A stretch of 64,000 nucleotides of DNA from Moniliella sp. 'wahieum' (lineage: Eukaryota), in NCBI GenBank assembly GCA_003971905.1, contig RSEE01000067.1, positions 248,001 through 312,000 on the forward strand. Direction: 5' to 3'. Of the stretch, positions 35,860-47,879 are shown one piece after another (position 1 is the stretch's first letter; each line of letters starts with the position of its first letter). The position numbers and the translations under genes were made by a program. The notes beneath the pieces were generated by a model that was given only the letters and a program-made list of their open reading frames with translations, was not told where the DNA came from and ran no database searches.

Positions 35860-38800
35860 TGCTTGGAGTGAAAGTCTACAGAATCAAGGTGGATGCCTAC
35901 CGCCGCGCGCGTCCATGCGCATCTCGGGCCACCCACCACGCCGGATCATGGTCACACAGTACTTCCACCTCTTGCCCTGGGTGGAGCACAAACCTTCTTC
36001 CACCCTTCTGGCCTTCCTCCTCCCTCCCCACCGCGCCCGACAATCGGATCGACCCAACCACCGTACTAGCAGGCAAAGAAGGAGGTTGCCATTCCACCTT
36101 GGACGGCCGCTCTCTCCTCTCTACCGCAGGCGGCACGTACCGCGCGCAAACGTAGGCCATAAACGGCGTCGTGGCCGTATAGCCACCGTTCCAGTAGGGC
36201 TCCAAGGTAGGCAGCAAATCTGCCACCAACGGTGGCGCTTCCAATGGGAGCGAGGCGCTGAGCTCCCGACCCCACTCTAATGACGGCGCAACCGTCGCCG
36301 CCACAGGGTGGTCAGCGGTAGAGGTGGTAGTGGCCATAGAAAGGTTCCGCGCATGCTCTGACCGACTTCGATCCGATAACTCCATCTGGTCCAACAAGCC
36401 TTCCAAGGTCGGGTTGGGATGCGAGACGGTGGGCACGTACCGCGGTTGACTTAACGGCGAGGGACCGGCATCGAACTGTAGTTGGTTGTGGCGGAAAGTC
36501 TGCATGGCGCGCGCCATGGCCGCCCGTGCCTCTCGCGCATCCCGCCCAGGGAGCGGCACAGGTGCCGCCGGTGCCGGCGCTGGCTCCTCATCCGAATTGT
36601 ACGACGACTCGTCCCATTCGTCCTCGAGCGCATCCTCCTCGTTGCCCGTATCGGCTCGAATTACTTTTTCTGTCGCCGCGTTGAGTTGCGCAAGCAAGTC
36701 CATGCCCCCACCGACAGGGGGCGGAGATGGGTCCCGCTCCTCGCGGGCTGTGGGCAGTGGCGTGGCGGGTACCCCTGCCAACGGGTCAAGCGAGCCTAGC
36801 GGCGACGGGGTGCGGGAGGACGAGGCGAAACGCCTCGAGAGAGCAGTATTCTTCTCCACTGCCCGTTCGATCGTCGGACAAACGAGCAAGCGCACTCCCC
36901 GCGCATCGGTCCGTAGCCCCGCTCCCGTACCCGTACCAGCAGCTGAAGCCACAGTCTGGTCAGTGCGGGTATGGGTCAACTTGGGGCGGACAAAGCGCGC
37001 TCGGAGACCAGACGGCGTGCCCAACGGGCCCAGCATTTTTGTAGGCGGCGAGTGCGCCCATTGGCGCCCCAGCGCACCGGTCGCAGCTGCCAAGCAGGGG
37101 AGAGGGACGTGTTCATGGACGCGTTGGAGAGTGAGGCAGCGGAGGAGCCCACGGCGCGCAAGGCCGACAGAGCAGGGGACTGGGCATGGATTTGCAACTC
37201 AGTATCCCTTGCGGCGACCACACTAGCTGACGAAGTAAGTAGTGTAGCACCCACCGTGGCAAGCACGACGAGGAGAAGGACGATCCCCAAGGACATGAGG
37301 ACGCCGCAATCGCAATCACTACACCACGACGAAGGTGTGCAAGTTGGCAAAGGAAACATGCAGATTCTGCCGAGCGAGATTAAGAACCGTTCCAGGGTCA
37401 CCCAATGGCCCTGTCGGGTCGAGAAGGGCATCCAACGATCCCCATCAAACAGTACTGCGCCACTTGGACCCCAGTTGTTCAGTACCACTTGCCCCATCAG
37501 GGAGAGGACACGGTTGTCCTGCATAATGTCTGTTTTGGGTCCGGGAGTAAGGGTAGGAAGGATGGCAAGTTGAGTCACTCGACCGCCGAGGATGGTGTCG
37601 TTCCCGAGGTTGATAAACTGACCTCCGTCCCACTTGAGGACATACGGTTGGCCATCCGATTGGTTTGCTGGCCATTGCCCGCCCGGGAGCGCTTCATAAG
37701 AGAAAGAGCGTTCCCCCAGGCCAGGAGTACGAGTCGGAGGAAGCACTGGAATCCGACTCGTCCCATGCCAAGGCGAGGGACTGGTTGAAGATGCTCACCC
37801 CGGCAACAAAGACTGAGTTGAGGGCCAAATCGTTGACAACTACCCCGTGGCCGGCCCGGGAATTTGGTGGGGCCCAGGTCCGACCGTACCAAGTCCCTTC
37901 CAGGTCCCATTGTACAGACTCCACATGGCCAACGCGGCCTCCTCCTCGTCAACCGTCAGCGCGCCGGCAACGATCAGTACCTCAGCATCCGCCTGCAAGG
38001 GGAGGATCAGGTCAGTACTCCCATCCTCCTTCAACCACCCGCAACCCATTCAGAGAAACACGTACGTCTGCAAAGTCCACATCGAGTACTTGGCCCGTAA
38101 ACCCGGATCCGAGCTGCATCCAACGCCCTGAGGGACCCCCGCCTGTAAAGTCCCACAGGCAGATAGAGACACAAGGGAGCGAGCCTGCCGTATCAAAATC
38201 TCCCACCACAACCATCACTTCGGCTCCAGGCTTGGGCAGCAGTTTGCGTACGACAACTGGGGGGTGGACAAGGTGCCCTGAGCCGCCGTCGGAGCCGTGG
38301 CTGTTTGGTACCCATTCGGGCGATCGACCAAGCGGAGCAGCATTCTCCAACCATGCACCGTGGTACAAGTCAAAGATCAGCAGGCCGCCTCTAGCACCAA
38401 CAAACAGGGTCTGGTTACCACCGTCAGAGCATGAACGTCAGAGATGAGGTAGGGCTGAGTCGTGTTCCAGTCGGGCGTTTCCAAGGAAGAAGAACCAGAG
38501 TCTGAACTGGATGAACTATCCGAGTCAGAACCCGTGTCATCATCCGCGGGCTGGATAGGCCCGCACCAACATCAAACGGAAGTGGAGGAAAGGGGAGAAG
38601 ACTGTGCGAGGTGGGATCGTAGAGCCCCAAGTTGGATACGTTGCCAGCCGAGGTAAAGTTCCCTCCGATAATGAGCAGCGCAGGTTCAGACCCTTGTACC
38701 ACCGTCGGGTGCAACCCTGACATCCACCCACCATGGGTAACGGGAGGGGGAGCATCCTTCTCCGAATCGTCCGTCACTTTCGTTCCCGACTCTGGCTCCG

Positions 38801-41800
38801 ACCATGACCCCGATCCCGACCCACTTGACGAGGAAGAGTTGCGCGCCGAAAGGGGGTCCAATACGCTCCCGCACGCACAATGGCCACCTGGTCGTTGGAA
38901 CTGGAGGGAAACAAGGCCGATAGGTTCAGTTGAACATCACCCGAGGGAATCCAGGGGCGCGAGGCGTACATGCGGGATCGGCATGCTGGGAAAACTGAGA
39001 GGACTTGGGTGGCAATGTGGGGGGCGCATCTCTTCTCGCGGGTGGCTGGGCCCGGACCGGTTGGGCATACATCATCTCGGCGGGGACAAAGGAGAAGTTG
39101 AGCGAGGCGAGAGTGACCCCTACCGCATTGGGATCTGACGAAATATAGCTCGACGCCTGCAGCAGCGCGCTGCTCGGGGCCAGCATGCCAGCGAGCGTCC
39201 GAGCCGGACCGGCGAGCATGGCAAAGGGGAAACGTTCCAATGCCCCTCCCGCACCAGAGGGCATGTCAAATCCATGCGCGGCCGACATGTTGGCGGTCAA
39301 GAGAGTGTTCGCGAGCAGCCATCCCCCTTGAGCATACAGGCTCCCGTTCTTGCCTATGGGGAGGAAGATGCTGCCTCCGGTAACGTTCCAGAGAACGACG
39401 CCGCCCCAAGCGGCCACGGCTAGGTTGCTCTCGTCCATCACCTCATCCCCGGCACCCCAGCCCATGCCAGCCAAGTTGGGCATGCTCAACGAGCCCAAGA
39501 ACCCTACGATGGGGGTGCCCCCCTTGGGGCCATTGGGGGCCTGGAACATGGTCACTCCCCGGATCGTGCCCCCCAGCCCGAGCGGAGGCTCGGTGGCATT
39601 CCCTCCATTGGCAGAAGCATTGAACCCAACAGGGTTCGTGGACGGAATAGCGACCCAGCTGTCGCTCGAGGCATTGTAGGCGGCTACGCGCGGCAGCTCT
39701 ATACTCCCATCACTAGTGGCAGCAAAGTTGCCACCCAGGTAGACTAGGGTACCCTGCCCCGTCGTCGCAGCCACCGCACCAAGTGAGGGATTGGACAGGC
39801 CCAGCCCATTGGGAGAGAGAAGCGAGCCTGTATCTTGAGCGCCCTCGTTCAGCGGCGCAGAAACGTTGCCCCCAGGTGCGCCCACGGACCACACGGCCAA
39901 GTTGGCAAACGCATCCCCCCGCGCAACGGAGGTCAAATTGGCGGAAGCAAGGTCAACGGCGGTTTGGTTGGTAACGTCCGCCTGCGCGAGGAGAGCGGCA
40001 AAGCCAGTAAACTCCCCCGAAACGAGCACCCGGTTGCGCACCCCTTGCTCGGCGGATGGAGGCCAGAGCCATCACAGAGTAGGAGACACCATTGGACACA
40101 GCTGCTTCTCCACACCCGAGGAAGACAAGGCGGCGCCTACGCGGTCGGCTGTGGAGCCCAACTGCGCCGGAAGGGCGGCAGAGGTGTTGCCAGTTGTCGG
40201 CCAGGTTGCCACAGGACCGACTAGAGAGGTGTCCCAAGGGTCATACTCGAGAATGCCTGCCGACGTGGCCGATGCGGCCGGAGCGCCAGTCGAATTGGCT
40301 AACGTCAAAACCAGCCGGTCCGCAAGGAGAGCAAATTGATCTGTGGTCAGGTTGGCACCTGCAGGGGCGCTGGCGGTAGTTGCAAGCAGAGCGAGAGAGT
40401 AAAGATCGGACCGGATGACGCGTTGGAACTCGTTCGTGGGCCCAAGGCGCCTGTCCACACTGCCACCGTCGTCAGCGAGGTGACGTTCTGGTCGACTACG
40501 GCCCAATGGGTACTGGCGGGCACATGGGCAGGCGTGTAGTCCGGGATGGAGACAGACACGTTCACCGATGTCCGGCTTGAACATCCGCCTGCCTCCGACG
40601 TCTGGGAGCAAGGAGGGACTCGAAGGTACGCCGTGTAGTTCCCGCAGCCAGCACAGAAGGGTAGTATTCTGCTCGGACTTCGCTGGGGCCCGAGGCAGAG
40701 TACTGGGCCAACGAGGTATTAGCCCACGTCGAGGTATAGTACGCATAGGTCTCGGTCGTGTTGCTGGACGAACCTGCGACCGTTTGGAGCGTCTCTGCCG
40801 AGTACGTGGTGGTCGTCCACGCAGAGTCGTCCGGTCCAAAGAGCGCAAGGTAGGGAGAGGTACCAGCAGTACCAGGTTCAGGCGACGCGCATTGCGCGCC
40901 CTGGTTGAGGGTCGTGTTGGCACTTACTACGGCTCCTGGGAGGACTTGGACTTGGATCGCATGTAGACTTGGTGCGCCGCCTGTCCATCCAGTCAAGACA
41001 ACCGTCAAGCCCGCCATGGTCGACGTCGTTTCCACCCCATATTGACTCGTAGAATTGAGCAGGGTGAAATCCGTGTAGGGAGCTGCCGGGTAGCGGGGCA
41101 AAGGACACGTAGAGGAACAGTTGGCGCCATTGCCCGTTGCCGGGTCGACGTACGCCCAGGACAAGGAGGGAGGTGCGGATGCAGATCCCGTGGTCCCGTC
41201 CGTGCCCAAAGCGGTGGCGGGAGTGACATGAAACGTGGTGGTGCCGGAAGAGTTGACATACGAATTGCTCAATCGCAAGCCGCGAACCTCGGCCGCGCCG
41301 CCAAAGCTGATTGTTATGCTCCCCTCACCCGAGCCAGGGGAAAACGAAAAAGAGTTCTGAGGCCCATCGGCCCCGCAGGACACCGAAGCGCTGAGGAGGC
41401 GCCCATACCTCCGCCAGCGGCGGTACTGAGAAATCACTTCCACCACCCCATGCAAGTGGGGCGAGGAGGCCCGTAAGCGGTCGGAGCCTAAAGGGGTAGG
41501 GAAGATCCAGTTCGAGGCAGAGGCAGAGGCAGGCTGAAGTGTGAGTGTGCTGGCGCTCGAGGGCGGCGGCACGGCAGTAGTAGAAGACCACAGGACAGAA
41601 AAGTTTCCAAGGAACATGACGTTGCTGGCATTGGCGATGCCGGCAGACAGGGATTGGACGGGGGCATTCAGGCCGCGAAAGGAAGGCGGGGACCAGACGC
41701 CTTTGGATACGTCCCACAAGGCCACATTTCCGGCATAGTCACCGCCATCATGCACGGAGGGCCGGGGCAGGGAAGTCGCCAGCGACGACCACCGAGGCGC

Positions 41801-42462
41801 GGGAGGAGGAACAGTGGAGCGCATTGACCGTGCCGTTGATGCCATCAGCCAGAGCAGACCAGCTACCAGTCTGAGGCATCCAGCGGGCGATGCTGCGGGC
41901 AGTGACGTTGCCAATGGCAGTAAAGTTGCCAGCAACAAAGACGATTTGTCCATCGGCTGCATTGCCCACAGGGGTGGCTGCGTCCAAAAAGGGAGGGGCG
42001 GCACTAGTACTGCTGCTAGTGCCGGGATAGGGGAGCAGGGGTTGGGGGTCAGAACGAGCGGCACCAGCACCGGGTGAGGCGGTGACACCCGAGGGAAGAC
42101 GCATTGAGCAGATGGCGTGGATCGACCCGCCTGGTCGGTGGCACCGGCCGGGAAGAGAAGGCCGAGGTCGGAGCGAGCAAAGAGGGTGCTGCGTAAGGGA
42201 TCGAGGCGGGCGTGGCCGAGGGCGCGGGAGGTGGCACTGGTACGGGAAATGTCCATGCCAGAGAAGGAGCCGAGGGCCGCGACCTGTCCTAGGCTGGGGA
42301 TGTCAAGCTGGGGGAGGATGGTGGAGTTGGCATTGGCGGGGGTGGGACTAACGGAGGGGCTGGCGCGCGCAGCGGTAGCGAGAAGGAGGAGGCAGAGGGC
42401 GGTGGCTGCAGCAGCAGCGTCCGCAGCAGCATCCTCAGCAGCCGCGCGAGCGCCGCTGCCAT
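35860..42462 (-). CDS. RAX2: RAX2-like cortical polarity protein (signal peptide, kelch-like ectodomain, TM, C-terminal SH3-like domain), heavily frameshifted
   Basis: LPQLDIPSLGQVAALGSFSGM, FVAGNFTAIG..IARW, GINGTVNALHC, NVALWD..W.PP.F.GLNAPV, GLRLSN, VVGDFDTAGSLPCVSICLWD..LGSG, a TM region, then YVCARYVP...LHPGQEVEVLCDHDPAWWVARD. Both ends approximate. Confidence 0.82.
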
Positions 42463-42879
42463 GTATGGCGCGTGGGAGCGATGGTGGCGGTGTGAAGGGG
42501 GGGGGGAGGCTGCGTCGCCGTCGAGTGGATGGGCGTGGCGGCGATGGCCGTCCGCGACGCGAGCGCAACCAGGCCGCTGGGCTCACGTGAACGTTCAGCT
42601 GAACGGATGGACACGTGTCACGTGACCCATGCCCGTTTCAATTTCAACCCCTGTCCGGGGTAACCGACCGAACCTATGGCGATTCCAGCACTGCAGCCAC
42701 GGTGTGGAGCATCCATCGAGTCCCGCCCCATCCATGCCCATACAATGCGTACAGCACGGATCCAGGCGGCGGTCTGCACCAATAATGGCCTCTACCGTTT
42801 GCACTCGCTCTTGAGATATATGAGAGGATATCGGCCCATAGTGCGGATCGCCCGGGGGTTTATGCCAGAGGTACACTTA

Positions 42880-43655
42880 ATAGGAGACAGTAGGTCGACT
42901 CACGGTAGTTTCGGGCTAGAGCTAGTTGGAGAATCCGGGAGCGAGCTAGGGACGAAGGCAGGCCTTGGTGGGGTGGCGGCACGCTTGGTAAGGCTGCGTC
43001 TGCATCGGCTTGGGCTGTAAGAATGTGTCTGAAGCCTCCGGGACTTAGGGGAGGAGGCAGCAGCGGACATACACTGCCATAACTAAAGACTGGACGGAGA
43101 CGGAAATCGACGCGGCTGCAGGAAGGCCCGCGCGACGGTCGGATGGAGTGCTGGAGGACGAGATGGGAAGAGGGCGCCGGAGCTAAAAAGAAAGGAGCCT
43201 GCCTTGTACGGATTAATTGGCTGGGAAATCGGGCAAGAGTCGGACAGGATAGGCGGGAAGGACGAGAGGGTGGACGAGACGAGAACCGCGGAAGGTGGAG
43301 GAAAGGATCCCACCACGAGGGGTACGGGCTAGATCAAAAGGGAAAACAGATACAAGAGGGGGTAGACAGGAAGACCGTCAAAGAGAAGTTGGTTGCCGCA
43401 GGCGCAACGAGAAAAGAAAAGGAATAAGCGGAGACAGAGGCGACAGTCGTCGCAAAGATACTGGAAGCTATAGGTGGCCTTGTTTCAGCCATCGACTTGA
43501 AATTGGAGGGGGGGGCGCTACTGTCGCACGTACGCATGGCTACTCGGGCCATCGTACATGTGATTCAACCAACCATCGTCAAACTTGTGGTCAGTGGGTT
43601 TGGGAGCGCGCTATATTGGATTGTGCAGGGCACAGGCGAGCCTTAGCTTGGATGT
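42880..43655. repeat. Dispersed repeat family, longest copy (A); unclassified, possibly an LTR or non-autonomous TE relic
   Basis: 43276-43650 aligns by eye with 56202-56555 (e.g. agatcaaaagggaaa, gccgcaggcgc, agtcgtcgcaa, ggtggcctt). The reverse complement of 42890-43080 aligns with 47540-47750. Confidence 0.8.
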
Positions 43656-43974
43656 GACCAACTTGGATCTGACGCGGCTCATAACAGATATACTAGTAAA
43701 AGCTGGACTCTGAGGCACTTCAATAGTTTGCATGTCAACTGCACAGGCACTATAGGAGAGAGATCCCCGGGTAGCTGTTACACACAGCTAGGCGCTCACA
43801 GCCACATTGCGTTTCCGTCAGACTCTTTGATTTTCTCCAGCACTAGTAGAGCTCATATACTGTGAGCCTGCTTCCACATCTTCGCAGTGAGTATATTATA
43901 TGATGCTCGAGCATAACTTTGCCCCGCTGTTGAGGGTTACTACGCGTTATAGGTGCCCGCGCCGATTCGATCCG

Positions 43975-44680
43975 ATCTAACTAAGGCCCGATGCTTTGAC
44001 CAGTCGTAACAGAGCTCTCTCCCAAAAGTCCAGCCAAGCTCCACAGTAAAAAAAGTGGCCGACCCATATATGCGGTGATATACGAGCGGCCATCGACCTA
44101 TACTCTTTTGGCGACGACAGCCGCCCCCTCTGCTTCTTACCTGTTCTTACCCTCTCGTGTTACGAATCCACATGTCCCTTTTTGTTTCTCGTCATCGAAA
44201 CTGCTCCTCAGTGCCTTTTCTTCTGTCTGCTCCCCTGTTCTCTCTCAGTACTATTCAATATAGTACGTGTTTTCCTTTTAATCCCTGCTTGTAAGCAGTG
44301 ACAGTGATTGGTAGTTTCATCAATCTCTTCACTTTTTGTCTTCTCCAATAATCCTTTGGCGTCTCAATTATAGTATATTCGTCAATTCATATATCCGGTA
44401 CAGACCCCTTCTCCTCTTATTTATAATACTTGCCTCCTTTGCTCTACACTGTATCACACCGCCTCTCAACAGCTTTCCACGTCTAAGCTCCAGAATGCCA
44501 CAACCACTCCTTTTTACGGCTTTCCTAAATCCAATCTGTGTAGCTCTCAGCCCAAGTCTTCAGTCTCAGCTCCGGTCCCACGGTCCCCGCACTAAAAGTC
44601 ATGTGTGAGATAGATTAGCATTGCCCGAGCCCGCTGTCTTTTTCTCCCTGTTCCCGTGTGCGAACTGCTTCAGACACAGG
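43975..44680. repeat. Dispersed repeat family, diverged inverted copy (B)
   Basis: Blocks ctaaggc, ctcccaaa, ggcca..gcgacgac, cagcccaag and cttcagacac resemble the reverse complement of copy A, mostly in the expected order. Confidence 0.55.
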
Positions 44681-45845
44681 TCACTATTGTCCAAGCAAGT
44701 GCATACTCAGCAGAGTTGCCACGCATGCCGCTGCCTCTTCCATATGCCGATAGGCCTCTCCGAACCCTGCTCGGATCCACAACAAGCCCAAGCATGAAAC
44801 TGCTGTGAGTCTCTTGTTCGGACGTCAAAAAGGCGTCGTACCCCTAAAACCCTCGTGGGAGGGCACATCCGTGACAGCTGTGTGTGTCTTGTGGCTTTAG
44901 GTTCAACAAAAATGTTGTGGTAATAAGACTGAGTCTTTGATCTCGGAGGCCCTATACCACACGCATGTGGGGGGGGGGGACACTGTACACATTGAGAATA
45001 CATTGGGCAACCCCCGACTCTGCTGATAACCAAATGTGTCTAAGTATACTTATACTGAACATGAGCATACGTCGAGTTGATCGTCCCCCATTACTCCACG
45101 AATCTAATATCCACACCTGCACACCTGGATCTAAACGAAGCACTTTGAAGAGCTTAACTCCTCTCTAGTCCAGAGTACTGTACCCTGTGTCTTCCCTTTT
45201 GAGTCGATGTTGTCCCTATCTTTCTCACCCAGCTGTAACTGTGTGAAGCAACCCTGGACACAGATGTCTGTACCCTTATACGCCCCTCAGGGAAGAGCTG
45301 CTTATAAAAATCCTTCCCAGGCACCTCTGGTCAGTCGTTCGGGTCAGCTTACTGAACCTTACAAACCGGCGCACAACATTATAATCCATCGCAACACGTC
45401 TAGTACCCTTATATCATCAATACGGTGGAGGAGAGAGATCCAGCAAGTTTTGGTCTCTGTGGGGCTCCGCCCCCCATCCTGTAATACAACATTGTGATGG
45501 AGCTGCACCGACCTAAATATACCAACTTCTCTCGCTTTATTCATGCTCGTTTTCTTTTCTCATTTATCTTTTCGTCCTCACAGATGTGCCCGATGCCCTC
45601 AATCTTGACTCGATACCGTTCTTGACCCGTTCCTCACCTTCTTCTCACCTTCGGCTTATTTTGGCTCTGTTCAATCTCTCACCGGACCCCTCTTTTCTAT
45701 GCTCTGCTTGATCTCAACATACCATCACTTTCCTCTCTTTGAATCCATATCATTGACGGAGAGCTTAAGGCAGTGGGACAGGGGGAACGCTACGTCTAAA
45801 CCGAACCGTTCATCTTGTGGGGGTTACTTGGAAGCGCCACCAAGG

Positions 45846-46500
45846 TCAAGGAACCAGGGGGATCGCCAGGATGTCAGGACCCTCCGGTGGTCGCCATCCG
45901 GTCCCGTACCCTAGGAAGCGCGTGTGGACACGGATGAACGTGGTAGACATCCGAGCGAGAAACCATTTCCATTGAGACTCAGTAGCCAAATTCTGCCCAT
46001 ACGCAAATATCTTGCCCGCTGTCTTGGCGCCGTAGTATCCTCGCGTCGTCAAAACCAGGGGGAAAAACGGCTCTTGAGTGCATCCCTGGCACTGGGCGTT
46101 CTTGTCGCATTCTGCTTGTTCAAGCAGCCGAAGCAGTTCCTTCTCCCGGCGTTCCAAAGGCGACGCAGTGCTCTCGTGCTCCACTTCCTCTTTTATACTA
46201 TACAGTCCTATTGGTATAGTAGTTTTAGCGGCTTGTCTCCATTTTCCCCATCCCTATATCCTTGTCAAACAAAGTGAATATACTCGGTCATTATTGATCT
46301 GAGATAGATACGACGCATGTGGCTATAAGCCGCTGTGTTCACGACTCTGTGAACATACCTTTTATGAGCCTGGACCGAAAATTTCGGACAGTTACGACGC
46401 GCTAGGAGGCCCTTAGCCCACTAGACCCGTATGAGTAACCTCCTTCCTTCTGAGGTATATATATACATAGCCACCGTCCGCCCATAAAAATGTATTCAAT
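45846..46500 (-). mobile_element. Decayed non-LTR retrotransposon C-terminus with restriction-like endonuclease (CRE/R2-like)
   Basis: AECDKNAQC..EPFFPLVLTTRGYYGAKT resembles the EK..KY...F.PLV.T..G end of REL elements; upstream GRWL...P..GLR remnant. Recalled similarity only. Confidence 0.4.
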
Positions 46501-47539
46501 CCATGCTTCCAGTTCCTCCACCACACGTTGCCTAACCTGCTAAAACCTGATTTGAACCTGTCGCTTCACCGACCCATACTTTCTCTGTTCCCCCAGACTT
46601 TGGGTACTTATTATTATTTGGGTACAGATTCTGCCCCAACCTCTTTTGCTCCTGCGCGCACTGGGAAAGTAGGTCTTTTGAAAGTAAAAACCCACATGAT
46701 CCCGACTGGCGTGGTTTCTTTATGCGTGGCATATGGCTTCTCTCCCTTCTCGGACGGGTTTCAAGATTGATTATGGCTGGTTTGCTGTTTCCAGGGTATC
46801 CTATGGCCTTTTCAAATACGAATCGGTCGATAAGCAGAGGGATTCGCCAAGACATTATCGCAAGTCTATTACGGGAGGCTGTGATAGAGTGAATCCAAGC
46901 GTCGGATGTGTGAAGACGCGCACACGCCGCACTTTATTTTCAGACATGAGTATGTGTGTAGAACTCCCGAATATCCGTCAGGGCCACTACGGCAGTAGGT
47001 CCAGGTCTCCCCGATCGCGGATTGTTCATCTCGATTCGACCATCTGGAGAAGGATGTGACCCACATATGAGAGGATGATATATACGAACGCCGAGATCTC
47101 TCTCTCACGGTCACTAGTAGTAGCCGCGAACAAGCAAGAAAATATCATGAGTCGAACTTTCCGAACTGCATGGGATTGTGCCCCTTAAACACCGGGTGAG
47201 CCCCCTATTGTGGGGCTCTCCCATCTTCTGGGGGCCTGATAAAAGATCACGGGTTGTCTACTTCTTGATTAACAGGAGATGGCTATGGTGTGGCAATAAG
47301 AACGAGGATCATATTCATCGAGTGGAAAGGGAGCGAGGTATATATGCCTCGGAGAAGAAGAGAACACGCGAGCTAAATCACATGGAGAGAAAGGGAGCAC
47401 AATCCAAAGGGCAGACAACCCACAGTTCGCGCGTGGCCTCCCACAACAAGCGCCAAATCTCGAAACCCAGCTCAGTTGAGCCGCGAGTGATCCCGCCTCC
47501 ACCAGCCCCACAGTCTCAGTCCAACAGCTCCATCAGTCA

Positions 47540-47780
47540 GGCAGTGTAGGTCCTCCGCTGCCTCCTCCCCTTCCCTGAACCCGAAGGCTTGAGACACGCT
47601 ACTACTGCTCAAGCCTATGCTATGCAGCCTTGCCATACCTGCAACCACCTCTGCTATACGCCGAGAGGACTCTCTATTAGTTGTCTCTATAGATAGATCC
47701 GTTCGGACCCACCAATCAGCCCAACTAAGCGTAACTACCGTCGGTCGACCTTAGGATCTCCAAGGGATTGTACCCCTAAA
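47540..47780. repeat. Dispersed repeat family, inverted fragment (C)
   Basis: ggcagtgta.gtcc...gctgcctcctcccct...ggctt.agacac...aagcc.atgc...gcagcctt and aactaccgt..gtcgacct match the reverse complement of 42890-43080. Confidence 0.8.
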
Positions 47781-47879
47781 CCTATTCCCCTCTGGGGTGA
47801 CACATTCAGGGAGACCGTATCCGTATCAAAAAAGCTATACTCCTATATAGCGCCCGAACTGTAACCCGGGCATAAATAA

